A stretch of 36,370 nt of DNA, from NCBI GenBank assembly GCA_018399855.1, contig JAGYNX010000002.1, forward strand, positions 1-36,370, in the 5' to 3' direction. The stretch is from Spirochaetota bacterium (GTDB lineage Bacteria > Spirochaetota > UBA4802 > UB4802). Of this stretch, positions 17,031 to 26,614 are shown one piece after another; the first letter of the stretch is position 1; the number at the start of each line of letters is the position of its first letter. The translations under genes were made by a program, and so were the position numbers. A model generated the notes under the pieces. The model had not been told where the DNA came from. It saw only the letters and a program-made list of their open reading frames with translations, and did not search any database.

Positions 17031-18023
17031 ATGATGAAAAAAAAGATACTTCCTGTTGTCATTATACTTATTGCGGGTATGCTGGCCCAGTGCGCAAGCT
17101 TTGATCCGGCCATGTTCAAGAAAAAACCTACCGCACGCATTACGGGGGTGGACATAGAATCCATTACGCTGAATGATATAACCTTTCTCTTTGATGTGGC
17201 AATTGATAATCCTTATCCCATCACCATACGGCTGGCCGGGGTATCATTTGACTTCCTGGTAGAAAATAACCGTGTGTTCACTTCAAAAACCAGTAAAGAG
17301 ATACGGGTGCAGCGGCAATCTTCCAGCACCACACCTCTCAGTGTCACCATAACCTACAAGGAGCTGGCCAGGGCGGTTTCAAACTATACCAAACGTGAAT
17401 ACATATACTGCACAATTAAGGGAGACATTCTGGTAAAGGTTCCAAACCTGGGCATTCCAGATGTACCATCTTCACTCAAATTTCCCTACAGCGTAAAAAA
17501 GAAGGTCCCCGCCTTGAAACCCAGACTTGCGCTGAAAAATTTCAAGCTGCACATGCCCTCCATGCAGGAAGTACTCAACTCCCTTGCGAAACAGGGTTCA
17601 GGGGTGAACCCACAGCAGGCCTACGGCATGCTTGATTCCCTCCTGTCGGGAAAGAGCAGCGGTTCACAGGGTATTGATCCTTCAAAGTTAGACATCCCGA
17701 TCAAGATGAGTTTTGACATAGTCATGAAGAATGAAACCCGTGCCAAAATGAACTTTACCAACTGCGCCTACAACTTTTTCATGGACGGTGAAAGCCTTAT
17801 CACCGGCAACACGGATAAGACCTATACCAGTGGGAGCACATCGGTGATACGGGTGATGAACACCTTCTCATCCAGGAAGATCAGTTCCAATATTCAGCAG
17901 GCCCTGAAAAAGAACCGTGCAGATTACAAGTTGAAGGGACAGGCATCAATGAAACTGCCTGCTTCGGTAAAGAAGACCCCCCTTCTTCTGAATTTCGATG
18001 AAACCGGGGGACTTAACTGGTAA
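17031..18023 (+). CDS. LEA type 2 (WHy/NDR1-HIN1-like) domain lipoprotein
   Basis: 330 aa with lipobox IAGMLAQC. ITGVDIESITLNDITFLFDVAIDNPYPITI matches the LEA_2 fold signature, and a second similar module sits in the C-terminal half. Confidence 0.7.
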   Translation: MMKKKILPVVIILIAGMLAQCASFDPAMFKKKPTARITGVDIESITLNDITFLFDVAIDNPYPITIRLAGVSFDFLVENNRVFTSKTSKEIRVQRQSSSTTPLSVTITYKELARAVSNYTKREYIYCTIKGDILVKVPNLGIPDVPSSLKFPYSVKKKVPALKPRLALKNFKLHMPSMQEVLNSLAKQGSGVNPQQAYGMLDSLLSGKSSGSQGIDPSKLDIPIKMSFDIVMKNETRAKMNFTNCAYNFFMDGESLITGNTDKTYTSGSTSVIRVMNTFSSRKISSNIQQALKKNRADYKLKGQASMKLPASVKKTPLLLNFDETGGLNW

Positions 18024-18097
18024 CCCTGATAACTGGTTGACAGTACTACATCCATTGATACACAGGTTGGAAAATTATCAACACTGGAGAAACGCAC

Positions 18098-19165
18098 ATG
18101 GATTTTATACCGGTAATTCTAGCCGGCGGCGCAGGAAAACGGTTGTGGCCCCTGAGCCGCGAAGATAAACCCAAGCAATTCCATAACCTTTCCGGTGAGG
18201 GAACCCTGCTTGAAATGACAATAAAAAGAATGATTCCCCTCAGTCCCGAATACTGTCTTACCGTTACCTCAAAGGCATACGAGGAGGCCTCGGCTGAAGA
18301 GATAAAAAAAACGGGGGTGGACGGGGCCATTATCAGCGAACCCTTCCCCCGCAACACCGCCGCAGCCGTGCTGTATGCCGCTACCTATCTGCAGAAAAAA
18401 TTCGGCGATGCCATAATGGCCGTTCTTCCCGCCGACCACTATATCAAGTCACCCGAAAGATTTATCGAAATTATGGAAAAGGCCATGCACGAGGCCCGCG
18501 AAGACAAGTTGGTCACCATCGGCGTTACCCCTACCTACCCGGAGACAGGATACGGGTATATCAAGGCTTTTCAGGATCCCGGTGAAACCAAGCAGGTGGA
18601 GATGTTCGTTGAAAAGCCAAACCTTGAAACTGCCAAGAAATACCTGTTAGAGGGTAACTATTTCTGGAACAGCGGCATTTTTGTCTGGAAAGTATCGGTT
18701 ATTATAGAATGTTTCAAAAAACTCATGCCCGAACTGTATAACGCCTTCGAACCCATGCGCAATCTTGATACTGAAGAGCTTGCAGTAAGCAGCGGAAAAG
18801 CCTGGGAAGTCAAAAAAAAGGTATTCGAGACCATTGAATCGGTCTCCATCGACTACGGAATCATGGAAAAGGCAGACCGCAGGGTAGTCATTCCCGGCGA
18901 GTTCGGCTGGGCTGATCTTGGCAGCTGGCCATCCATCGATGACATTCTTCAGCCCGATGACTGCATGAACAGAACCCCGACTCCGGAGAAGGTGCTGTTT
19001 CACAACTCCCGCGATTGTTCAGTCTTTACCGAACAGCGAAGGATCGCCGTTGTAGGCCTGAATGACGTGGTGGTAGTTGAGGCCGGTAACGATATACTGG
19101 TAATGGATAAAAACTCAGCCCAGCAGGTACGCGAGGTGGTTGATATAATACGAGAGAAAAACTGA
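18098..19165 (+). CDS. mannose-1-phosphate guanylyltransferase (no C-terminal PMI/cupin domain)
   Basis: The N-terminus is MDFIPVILAGGAGKRLWPLSR. PADHYI and the 355-aa length fit the short GDP-mannose pyrophosphorylase type. Confidence 0.85.
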   Translation: MDFIPVILAGGAGKRLWPLSREDKPKQFHNLSGEGTLLEMTIKRMIPLSPEYCLTVTSKAYEEASAEEIKKTGVDGAIISEPFPRNTAAAVLYAATYLQKKFGDAIMAVLPADHYIKSPERFIEIMEKAMHEAREDKLVTIGVTPTYPETGYGYIKAFQDPGETKQVEMFVEKPNLETAKKYLLEGNYFWNSGIFVWKVSVIIECFKKLMPELYNAFEPMRNLDTEELAVSSGKAWEVKKKVFETIESVSIDYGIMEKADRRVVIPGEFGWADLGSWPSIDDILQPDDCMNRTPTPEKVLFHNSRDCSVFTEQRRIAVVGLNDVVVVEAGNDILVMDKNSAQQVREVVDIIREKN

Positions 19166-19170
19166 TTATC

Positions 19171-19851
19171 CTACACCCCTGAAATGAAGGACTTGATAAC
19201 ATTTCGTTCTTCATCCATGTGTTCTTTTGGTGACGCCAGGGAAAAATCAACGGCCGCGGCAGTATACTCGGAAAGACCATAATGGAATACCGGTATACTC
19301 CGGCTGTTGAGATATGCTGCATGTATCTCAAGTGCCCCCGCTACGGGGTTCCTTTTACCGCCCCTCACCTGTCCATGTAGTGACCTGCATTCCTCTACGA
19401 TCCAGGTAAAAGACAACGGGTCAATTATCCCCACGCTGTATACATACCAGTCATCAGCACAGTCTATCAGCATCTGACGCATGTGCGTGTCAAGAATGGA
19501 ATGGGCAGGACAGAGAAATTCACCGCAGATCTTGCTTCCAAAAAGTGACAGGTGCCTGCCCTCATCACCGTGGTGCACCAGGGGATGGGCAAGACATCCA
19601 GGCTTTCCGGATGAGAGATACCCCTGGAAAGGACAGATATGGGACGTGAAGTCCCGCACCACAGTCTCATTCCCGGTACATGGCACTGCTACCCCATCAC
19701 CGGTGTCAGGGCATGATCCATGAACATAGTTCCCGGTAAAGTATTTCAATACACGGTCACAGTTCTCACGTGATATATCCTGCAGGTTAAAGATGCCGCA
19801 ACAGGCGCTGCATCCCAGGTTTTTTCCAGGTTGACACAGTGAAGATGACAT
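19171..19851 (-). CDS. cysteine-rich protein, possibly YkgJ (CxxCxxCC)-like metal-cluster protein
   Basis: Motifs are CQPGKNLGCSACCGIF, HICPFQGYLSSGKPGCLAHP and KICGEFLCPA. The ATG at 19851 avoids a 5' overlap with the divergent J-domain gene that the ORF-track start at 19959 would create. Confidence 0.5.
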   Translation of the reverse strand: MSSSLCQPGKNLGCSACCGIFNLQDISRENCDRVLKYFTGNYVHGSCPDTGDGVAVPCTGNETVVRDFTSHICPFQGYLSSGKPGCLAHPLVHHGDEGRHLSLFGSKICGEFLCPAHSILDTHMRQMLIDCADDWYVYSVGIIDPLSFTWIVEECRSLHGQVRGGKRNPVAGALEIHAAYLNSRSIPVFHYGLSEYTAAAVDFSLASPKEHMDEERNVIKSFISGV

Positions 19852-19944
19852 AAAAAAACAGGTACTCCTGTATTTTTGATTGTTAAACGGGAAAATACAC
19901 AATATATTTTCCCTATACCATGATGCACGGGGAAAAATATCCCA

Positions 19945-20634
19945 ATGACCTGTATACATTATAATACCAGCGGCAATTTCATCAATTATTATTCATTGCT
20001 GAACATATCCCCTGAAGCCTCCCGGGATGCTATTCGCGCGTCTTTCTGCAGCATGGTGAAGCTTCTTCACCCGGATATTACCGGCACAGACTCCATGGTG
20101 ATAAGGGAGGAACTGGGAATCCTGGTGCAGGCATACCGCACACTGATAGACGAACACAGCAGGCTGCAATATGATTCTCAGCTCAGGCAGCATGATATCA
20201 AAGCTGCGGTAGTGGGGCATATTGTTCCCCGAAAAAGGGTTAAATATTCATTCTCGCTTAAAGACCTTCTGCGTTCACGGCTTCTGAGCAAGAAGATACG
20301 GCGGCGTGACCGTATATACAATTTCGGGCAGGATATCGAAATTTTTATAACCCCCCGTGAAGCGGAAGAAGGGGCCCTGGCATTCGTGGAACTGCCATCA
20401 AGGGTAAGCTGCCCACTGTGTTACGGCAGCGACCGCGACTGTCATCTCTGTCATGGTATCGGACGCATCGCAAGCACTACCAATCTACAGGTGGATATCC
20501 CGCCGGGACTGAACGACCAGACCTATGTAGACGTAGACCTTCTCAGTATGCGGCCCGACCGGTTTACCAGTTTTACCATGAAAACGGTACGTATCAAGTT
20601 TACCATTATTTCCCGGGATCAAAGCGAATCCTGA
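19945..20634 (+). CDS. J-domain protein with a single DnaJ-type zinc finger
   Basis: NYYSLLNISPEASRDAIRASFCSMVKLLHPD carries the HPD motif, and CPLCYGSDRDCHLCHGIGRI is the zinc finger. At 229 aa it is not a full DnaJ. Confidence 0.8.
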   Translation: MTCIHYNTSGNFINYYSLLNISPEASRDAIRASFCSMVKLLHPDITGTDSMVIREELGILVQAYRTLIDEHSRLQYDSQLRQHDIKAAVVGHIVPRKRVKYSFSLKDLLRSRLLSKKIRRRDRIYNFGQDIEIFITPREAEEGALAFVELPSRVSCPLCYGSDRDCHLCHGIGRIASTTNLQVDIPPGLNDQTYVDVDLLSMRPDRFTSFTMKTVRIKFTIISRDQSES

Positions 20635-21913
20635 CAGAACCCCCGTGTTTATCGTCAAACCCTTCCACTTCTGCCATGGTTGTAATATACTCTTTCGACT
20701 TTTTTAACGCCCCTTCAGTGAGAAACTGAAAAGAGGTGCGGCGCAAAAAGGTTTCAACCCCAAGACCGGATGAATAGCGGGCCGCACCACCGGTAGGAAG
20801 TACGTGATTTGTCCCGGAATAATAATCACCCACAGCCACCGGCGCATGTCCCCCCAGGAAAAGGGAACCCACGTTTTTAATGGATGTAAGATGTTCCAGC
20901 GGATTGTGTACTATCAGTTCCATGTGTTCGGGACCGTACCTGTTTGAAAACTCGATGCATTCCTCCAGTGAATCTGCCAGCAGAATAAGGCCGCTGTTTT
21001 CAATGGATGTTTTCTTGATCTGGTGGCGTCCTGATCCGCTTTCAATATCGCGGGTTATCCCCTGCTGCACCTTCTCTGCCAGCTCTGGGGAGGTAGTGAT
21101 CAATACCGCGATTGCCCGTTCTTCGTGTTCAGCCTGTGAAAGCAGATCGGTGGTCACCCATTCGGGGTTGGCGGATTCATCGGCGATAACCAGCACTTCG
21201 CTTGGCCCCGCCATGGAATCTATCTGAATGACCCCCAGGCTGAAGAGATATGTCTTCGCGGCGGTCACATAGATGTTCCCCGGGCCAACTATGATATCTG
21301 CTGCCGGCACCGTTTCCGTTCCAAATCCCGCCGCGGCGATGCCCTGGGCTCCCCCAGACTTGAGTATATTCTTTACACCCAGCACATGACATACCGCACC
21401 GATGATGTGTGGAACTCCACCATTCTCATCAGGGGGGGTAATCACGGTTATCTCGCTGGCCCCGGCTATCTGTGCCGGCACCACCCCCATTACCACCGAT
21501 GAAGGATAGGAGGCCTTGCCGCCGGGTACGTATATACCAACCTTCTCGATAGGCTGGTACATCATCCCCAGCGTGGTTCCGTCATCCCTGGTATATATAA
21601 TTGAATCCCGCTTCTGATGTGTATGAAAATCCCCCACATTGTCACGGGCCATTTTAAAGGCATCCAGCACTTTCTCAGATGTATTGCGGTATGCATTTTC
21701 AATTTCCTCCTCGGTTGCCATCACCGAGTCAAGCTGTACCCCGTCAAACTTCATGGTATATTCTTTTACCGCCCGGTCACCCTTATCCTGCACCGCTGTT
21801 ACTATGGGGACAACGTCGCGTAACATTATACTGCTGAAATCTTCACCGAAACGATTGAAAAGACCATCAAGTTCTGCCTGGCTAAGCTCTTTCAGCCGTT
21901 TAATTGGGATCAT
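20606..21913 (-). CDS. hisD: histidinol dehydrogenase
   Basis: 435 aa with GPGNIYVTAAK, SQAEHE, YGPEHMEL and VGDYYSGTNHVLPTGGAARYSSGLGV. Confidence 0.92.
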   Translation of the reverse strand: MIPIKRLKELSQAELDGLFNRFGEDFSSIMLRDVVPIVTAVQDKGDRAVKEYTMKFDGVQLDSVMATEEEIENAYRNTSEKVLDAFKMARDNVGDFHTHQKRDSIIYTRDDGTTLGMMYQPIEKVGIYVPGGKASYPSSVVMGVVPAQIAGASEITVITPPDENGGVPHIIGAVCHVLGVKNILKSGGAQGIAAAGFGTETVPAADIIVGPGNIYVTAAKTYLFSLGVIQIDSMAGPSEVLVIADESANPEWVTTDLLSQAEHEERAIAVLITTSPELAEKVQQGITRDIESGSGRHQIKKTSIENSGLILLADSLEECIEFSNRYGPEHMELIVHNPLEHLTSIKNVGSLFLGGHAPVAVGDYYSGTNHVLPTGGAARYSSGLGVETFLRRTSFQFLTEGALKKSKEYITTMAEVEGFDDKHGGSVRIRFDPGK

Positions 21914-22053
21914 ACACTGCTCCTTGCAAAGTATTGTATACCTGATAAAGTATCACATTCACAACAACACACCAATATATCAAGCAACATTTATTCTTGA
22001 CTTTTCGCCATCATGCAACCACCATTAATTGTAAAACCAGATGTGGAGTTTTT

Positions 22054-22335
22054 ATGCGTATATTCATTTTAATTATGTCTATCATACTTGTTACTTTTAT
22101 TGCTCAATTGGATTGCAAGGCAAAAAATATTACACCGCAACTTTTTTTACAAATCGAAACCAGGATTCTTGAATCAGACATGAAAGAAGAGACAAGAAAT
22201 CGTATCATACGAAAGCACGGGGTCTCCGTTGACCAGTATAACAGGTACCAGAAAAAAATTGAGAATGATCCGCAATTAAAGGCAAAGCTTGGGAAACTCA
22301 GAATGAAGATGTACAGCGACCTGTATACAGAATAA
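22054..22335 (+). CDS. small secreted protein, unknown function
   Basis: The internal ATG at 22054 has GGAG 5 nt upstream and gives the signal peptide MRIFILIMSIILVTFIAQLDC. The ORF-track start at 21997 lacks an SD. Confidence 0.5.
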   Translation: MRIFILIMSIILVTFIAQLDCKAKNITPQLFLQIETRILESDMKEETRNRIIRKHGVSVDQYNRYQKKIENDPQLKAKLGKLRMKMYSDLYTE

Positions 22336-22355
22336 CACAATTTCGAGGTCATGCG

Positions 22356-23483
22356 ATGAACGTAAAATGTCCACAATGTTCCCACCAATACAATCTTCCA
22401 GACCAGGATGTGCAGGGGAAGAAAACCTACTTCTATTGTGATAACTGCGGACACAGGGTAATCATCGACAGGCGAACCCGGGCCATCTCATTAAAGGGCA
22501 CGGTGGGTGAACTCTGGGAGGCCATTCCTTTCAGCTGCAGTGCAAGGCTGCTTTTAATATCTGTACTGTTTCTCATAGTATCTTTATTACTAGGCACCAT
22601 ATCCCTGTTCATTTTCCGTGAGAACATGAACTACCTGGTTGCCCATCCCATGGTTGCGGGTGGACTTATCGCAGTTGTACTTGCCATTCTGTATCTTCTG
22701 TTTCTTATCGCCTCATTCTATATGGCGGCATTTACCAGCAACAGGATCCGTTTCCATGAAGACCGTTCTCTTTCTTCCATTACACCACATTTCAGGGATA
22801 GCTTTCCTGTATTGCTATTGCTTGCCTTCTTTCCTATTATACTGTATGTACTGCTTCTCCCTGTTTCCTTTTTAAAGACATACGGACTCATCTATGCCGG
22901 TATACTTTTCCCCATACTGCTGCCTTTTCTTGTTATATTTATCGTGTTTTCCGCGTCTCCCCAGCTTACCTGCGCATTCCTTGCCTATGAAACCCGTACA
23001 TTACGTGATACCATCAATAATTATTTTTCATTCATTATCAGGGAGAATTTCACTATATTCCTGTATATATGTTTCTCACGCATCATCAGCATGCTCACAG
23101 TACTGGTTGTTCTTCTCATTACCATTGGGGTTACATCTTTTTTTCTCGGTTCAGTGGCAGCGCTTGCTGATACCTCAATTTATTCGGTAATTCCCCAGTT
23201 TTTTGTCTCTATCCTGGCACAGGTTACAGACCCGCAGGCCGCGGCAACGGGTTTTCCCCCACAGGTAAAACTTGGTCTCAGTATACTCCTTGCCATGGGA
23301 GTGATTGTGTCCATTGTGATCATTGCCATATACCTGATCACCTACCAGGTGTTATGCACCCTGTCATTCCATATAATGGAGACAAACCCAAAGAAGTCGT
23401 TGAATGCCAATGCCATGATTATCGTCGGTATGCTGGCAGTGTTTCTAATTGCGGGATCACTTTTGCTGATGATTCTTGTATAA
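22356..23483 (+). CDS. polytopic membrane protein with N-terminal MJ0042-type zinc ribbon
   Basis: MNVKCPQCSHQYNLP...YFYCDNCGHRVII has two CxxC pairs. It is followed by about 8 hydrophobic helices. Confidence 0.7.
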   Translation: MNVKCPQCSHQYNLPDQDVQGKKTYFYCDNCGHRVIIDRRTRAISLKGTVGELWEAIPFSCSARLLLISVLFLIVSLLLGTISLFIFRENMNYLVAHPMVAGGLIAVVLAILYLLFLIASFYMAAFTSNRIRFHEDRSLSSITPHFRDSFPVLLLLAFFPIILYVLLLPVSFLKTYGLIYAGILFPILLPFLVIFIVFSASPQLTCAFLAYETRTLRDTINNYFSFIIRENFTIFLYICFSRIISMLTVLVVLLITIGVTSFFLGSVAALADTSIYSVIPQFFVSILAQVTDPQAAATGFPPQVKLGLSILLAMGVIVSIVIIAIYLITYQVLCTLSFHIMETNPKKSLNANAMIIVGMLAVFLIAGSLLLMILV

Positions 23484-23491
23484 CCAGCCAC

Positions 23492-24334
23492 TCACCACCT
23501 GGCTTCAAGCAGCCGCAGTGCGTTGTTATATAATAGCATTGAACGGTCTGACTGGTCTTCTACCATTCTCCCAATGGATTCCAGGTACCTGCGGCTCTTT
23601 AGCAGGGGAAAGTCAGTGCCAAAAAGAATCTTCTCCGGTCCGCAGGCATCAACGGCCATGCGGTATATCTTCTCGTTATACAGGTAGGGGCTTGCCGCGG
23701 TATCGTAATAGACGTGGGAAAGGGCTGCCTGCACCTCGGGCATCAACTCGTAGAACAGTAGTCCCCCTCCCCAGTGTGAGAGTATAATCGGTACATCGGT
23801 ATATTCTTTTACTATATCATAGAGTATATCTATATCAGGACTGTATTTTCCCTTGTATACATGCCCAACGGGTTCGTTCACATGCACGCACACCGGCAGC
23901 CCGTACCGGGCGGCTTCTTCAAGTACTGTTCTCAATATAAGTGGATTATCACCTTTCATCCCTTCCCGGTAAAACGATATCTCCCCCACCCCGTGAAGTC
24001 CCATTTCATGAATTGCGGCCACCTGTCGGGGTATGCTGCCGCTTTCCAGGGCAATAGAGCCGAAGGCCCATACTTTCTTTTCACTTTTTTCATAGGCCGC
24101 GGCAAGATAACGGTTATGCATTTCAGCATAAAGGGGAACCTGCCATGTAAAGCCCATGGCCACTGCACCCTGCAGGTCATCCTCTTCTATTACCTGCAGC
24201 AGGTCTTCAAGGGTTGCCATCGTTGCCCGCTCCTGGTCGTATATACAGAACAGCTGTTGATCATCCAAAAACCGTGACCTGTTTTTCACCAGGTCGGGGG
24301 GGAAGATATGGGTATGAAAATCAATAACCTTCAT
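23492..24334 (-). CDS. amidohydrolase-2 (TIM-barrel metal-dependent hydrolase) family protein
   Basis: MKVIDFHTHIFPP is the family-typical N-terminus, and HWGGG and FGTDFP motifs are present. The upstream ATG at 24406 is an alternative start. Confidence 0.72.
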   Translation of the reverse strand: MKVIDFHTHIFPPDLVKNRSRFLDDQQLFCIYDQERATMATLEDLLQVIEEDDLQGAVAMGFTWQVPLYAEMHNRYLAAAYEKSEKKVWAFGSIALESGSIPRQVAAIHEMGLHGVGEISFYREGMKGDNPLILRTVLEEAARYGLPVCVHVNEPVGHVYKGKYSPDIDILYDIVKEYTDVPIILSHWGGGLLFYELMPEVQAALSHVYYDTAASPYLYNEKIYRMAVDACGPEKILFGTDFPLLKSRRYLESIGRMVEDQSDRSMLLYNNALRLLEARW

Positions 24335-24458
24335 AATACCGTTACTTTTTTTCAGAAGTTTGCCTCGATAAATGTCGATGACAGTAGCGTATGGTGCAAT
24401 ATCCATTATGCATTAAATACAGGATAGCGCAATATTTTATTACAATTATTTCTTATTC

Positions 24459-25994
24459 ATGGAAGAGAATTCATTGGCATATTCACTGGACAAAGCCAGG
24501 AACGGGGCACCAACCCTTTCTGTCATTGATGAATCAGGTTCACGTGTCTACCTGCACAGCCGCTATGACCCCGCAAGGGAAGCCGGTGTTGCGGCAGAAA
24601 GCATCGACCCTGCCCGGTATGATGTGCTGGTGGTGCTGGGAACAGGTCTTGGATATCACCTTACACCGGTTCTTGAATCCATTGACAGGTATCGACAGGT
24701 GCTCCTGGTAGAATACCTTGATATTCAGGGTGAAATAGCAGAAAATTTTACCTGTCCAGCCCTGTTACACAACAGTAATGTACACCTCATCTCCGGCCAG
24801 CATGCCGGCACGGTGCTTGAATTTCTTTCTGCAACACTTGATTTTGACAATGCCAGGGGGATTCAGGTGTATGAACACCCCCCTTCTATACGTGCCTTTT
24901 CCCGTTACTATGACGAGATTCGACAGGCACTGGGTAATCTTATCACCCGTAAATCCGGTAATCTTATCACCCGCATGTCGCTGGGGTGGAAGTACCTGAA
25001 AAACGGGCTCATGAACCTGCAGCAACTGTCACGTGTATTTCCAGTAGCCGCGTTATATAACACTTTTAATGATATGCCTGCAATCATTCTTATACCCGGT
25101 CCATCCCTTGACAGCCACCTGTCCCTCATTGCCCGCAGTCAGCAGCATGTGTACATAATCGCCGTGGATTCTGCCCTGCACTCCTGTAGGGCATTCGGTA
25201 TTGTGCCGGATGTATGCCTTTCGATTGATCCACAGTCACAGGTAAACGCCCACACATTCAACTGGAATAATACCGATACTATTCATGTGCGGGCGGCAAC
25301 GTCACATCCTGCCACCATGGGGTACCCGTATACCTTTTTGTCCCTTAACAGCCACCCCACGGCACAGGCCATCGAGGAGATGTACCCACGCGTCATCGGT
25401 TCGGTTGACAGCAAAACGGGAACGGTTGCAGGGGATGCCATACTATTTGCCGAAAAAGCGGGCTTTGATCCCGTACTGATAACGGGACTTGATTTCTCAT
25501 TTCCCGGTTTAAAGATTTACGCATCTGACAGCCAGTACCAGCACACCTACAGGACCCGGGCAAACCGTGTATTGACCGCTCCCGGCCTTAACATGGAATA
25601 CATCATGCAGTCATCCGGAGGTATCATCCGCGACGGCCTGCACACCAGGAAATCATTTCTTCAGTACATGGATACTATTGAATCACTGGCCGGTGATACC
25701 GGCAACACGGTATACCAGTCGCATGGGCCCGGGCTGGCTCTGAAATCCATACAGGGCACAGACCCCGCTGAATTCATTCGCAGCTACGCCCGGGTTACAC
25801 TATCGAAAAAATCGTATTGTAACCGGCTCTTGACGGGTTTACAGCCCCTTGACAGGACAGTATCCCTGCAGGAGATTAGCAGAGTTTTCACAGACCACAC
25901 CATACAGACCCGTATTATTAACGAATCACTCCATAACCCGGAAAAAAAGATGAGGGCAAAGGCATTGCGTTTATTTTATGATTTTACAAAGTAA
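24459..25994 (+). CDS. DUF115 / MptE-like (motility-associated-factor, Maf-like) protein
   Basis: 511 aa. YLHSRYDPAREA near the N-terminus and the central AIILIPGPSLD ... IIAVDSAL block match my recollection of the DUF115 core. This was not verified by search. Confidence 0.6.
   Translation: MEENSLAYSLDKARNGAPTLSVIDESGSRVYLHSRYDPAREAGVAAESIDPARYDVLVVLGTGLGYHLTPVLESIDRYRQVLLVEYLDIQGEIAENFTCPALLHNSNVHLISGQHAGTVLEFLSATLDFDNARGIQVYEHPPSIRAFSRYYDEIRQALGNLITRKSGNLITRMSLGWKYLKNGLMNLQQLSRVFPVAALYNTFNDMPAIILIPGPSLDSHLSLIARSQQHVYIIAVDSALHSCRAFGIVPDVCLSIDPQSQVNAHTFNWNNTDTIHVRAATSHPATMGYPYTFLSLNSHPTAQAIEEMYPRVIGSVDSKTGTVAGDAILFAEKAGFDPVLITGLDFSFPGLKIYASDSQYQHTYRTRANRVLTAPGLNMEYIMQSSGGIIRDGLHTRKSFLQYMDTIESLAGDTGNTVYQSHGPGLALKSIQGTDPAEFIRSYARVTLSKKSYCNRLLTGLQPLDRTVSLQEISRVFTDHTIQTRIINESLHNPEKKMRAKALRLFYDFTK
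24933..24980 (+). repeat. in-frame 24-bp tandem duplication inside the Maf-like gene
   Basis: The units are ggtaatcttatcacccgtaaatcc and ggtaatcttatcacccgcatgtcg, with the first 17 nt identical. They encode GNLITRKS and GNLITRMS. Confidence 0.9.
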
Positions 25995-26017
25995 TTTTCT
26001 ATACACAGGAGAAAAAA

Positions 26018-26614
26018 ATGAAAGTGGGAGTAACAGGAATTTTTGCATCTGGTAAGGGCACCGTATGCGGGATGTTCGAAGAGCTTGGCGCTATTGTCAT
26101 CGATACCGATATTCTGGCCCGGGACGTGGTGGCTCCCGGAACCGGTGGATTACAGAAACTGGTAGAGAAATTCGGAGATGATATCGTGAGCGAAGATGGT
26201 CAACTCAATCGCCGCTACCTGGCAAACGTGGTTTTTAAAGATGATCAGAAAGTGCAGCAGTTAAACAGCATTACCCATCCATTAATTCTGCAAAGAGCCA
26301 TGGATATCGTCGAAGAAAATCCCGGATGCATATTCATGATCAACACCCCCCTGCTGTTTGAGAGCGGTTTTGACCGGTTCATGGATTCAAATATAGTGGT
26401 AGTAGCCGAAACCGACCAGGTGCTCGACCGGGGAGTGAAGCGTGACGGTATATCCAGGGAGGAGATACAGGAAAGATTGAAATACCAAATTTCACTCAAT
26501 GAAAAGAAAAAATTGGCCGATTATGTAATAGATAACTCAGGTACACCCGAAAATACCAGGAAACAGGTAGAAGAAATATGGAACATTTTGAATATGAAAA
26601 GCAAAAACCGGTAA
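26018..26614 (+). CDS. coaE: dephospho-CoA kinase
   Basis: 198 aa with P-loop GVTGIFASGKGT. IDTDILARDVVAPG, ITHPLI and PLLFE are typical CoaE blocks. Confidence 0.85.
   Translation: MKVGVTGIFASGKGTVCGMFEELGAIVIDTDILARDVVAPGTGGLQKLVEKFGDDIVSEDGQLNRRYLANVVFKDDQKVQQLNSITHPLILQRAMDIVEENPGCIFMINTPLLFESGFDRFMDSNIVVVAETDQVLDRGVKRDGISREEIQERLKYQISLNEKKKLADYVIDNSGTPENTRKQVEEIWNILNMKSKNR

Noticed and set aside
18076-18084. Exact TTATCAACA upstream of the guanylyltransferase gene, identical to the best DnaA-box-like site in the dnaA-dnaN spacer.
   Set aside because: It is isolated, with no neighbouring boxes or AT-rich unwinding tract. It is most likely a chance occurrence. I keep it as a caution that lowers confidence in the origin call rather than as a site in its own right.
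20606-20634. Convergent 3'-end crowding. hisD overlaps the J-domain gene by 29 nt, manC and the Cys-rich gene are 5 nt apart (19166-19170), and the membrane protein and amidohydrolase are 8 nt apart (23484-23491).
   Set aside because: This is common in compact genomes. No hairpins or conserved-looking motifs occur at these junctions, so nothing specific can be proposed beyond possible transcriptional interference.
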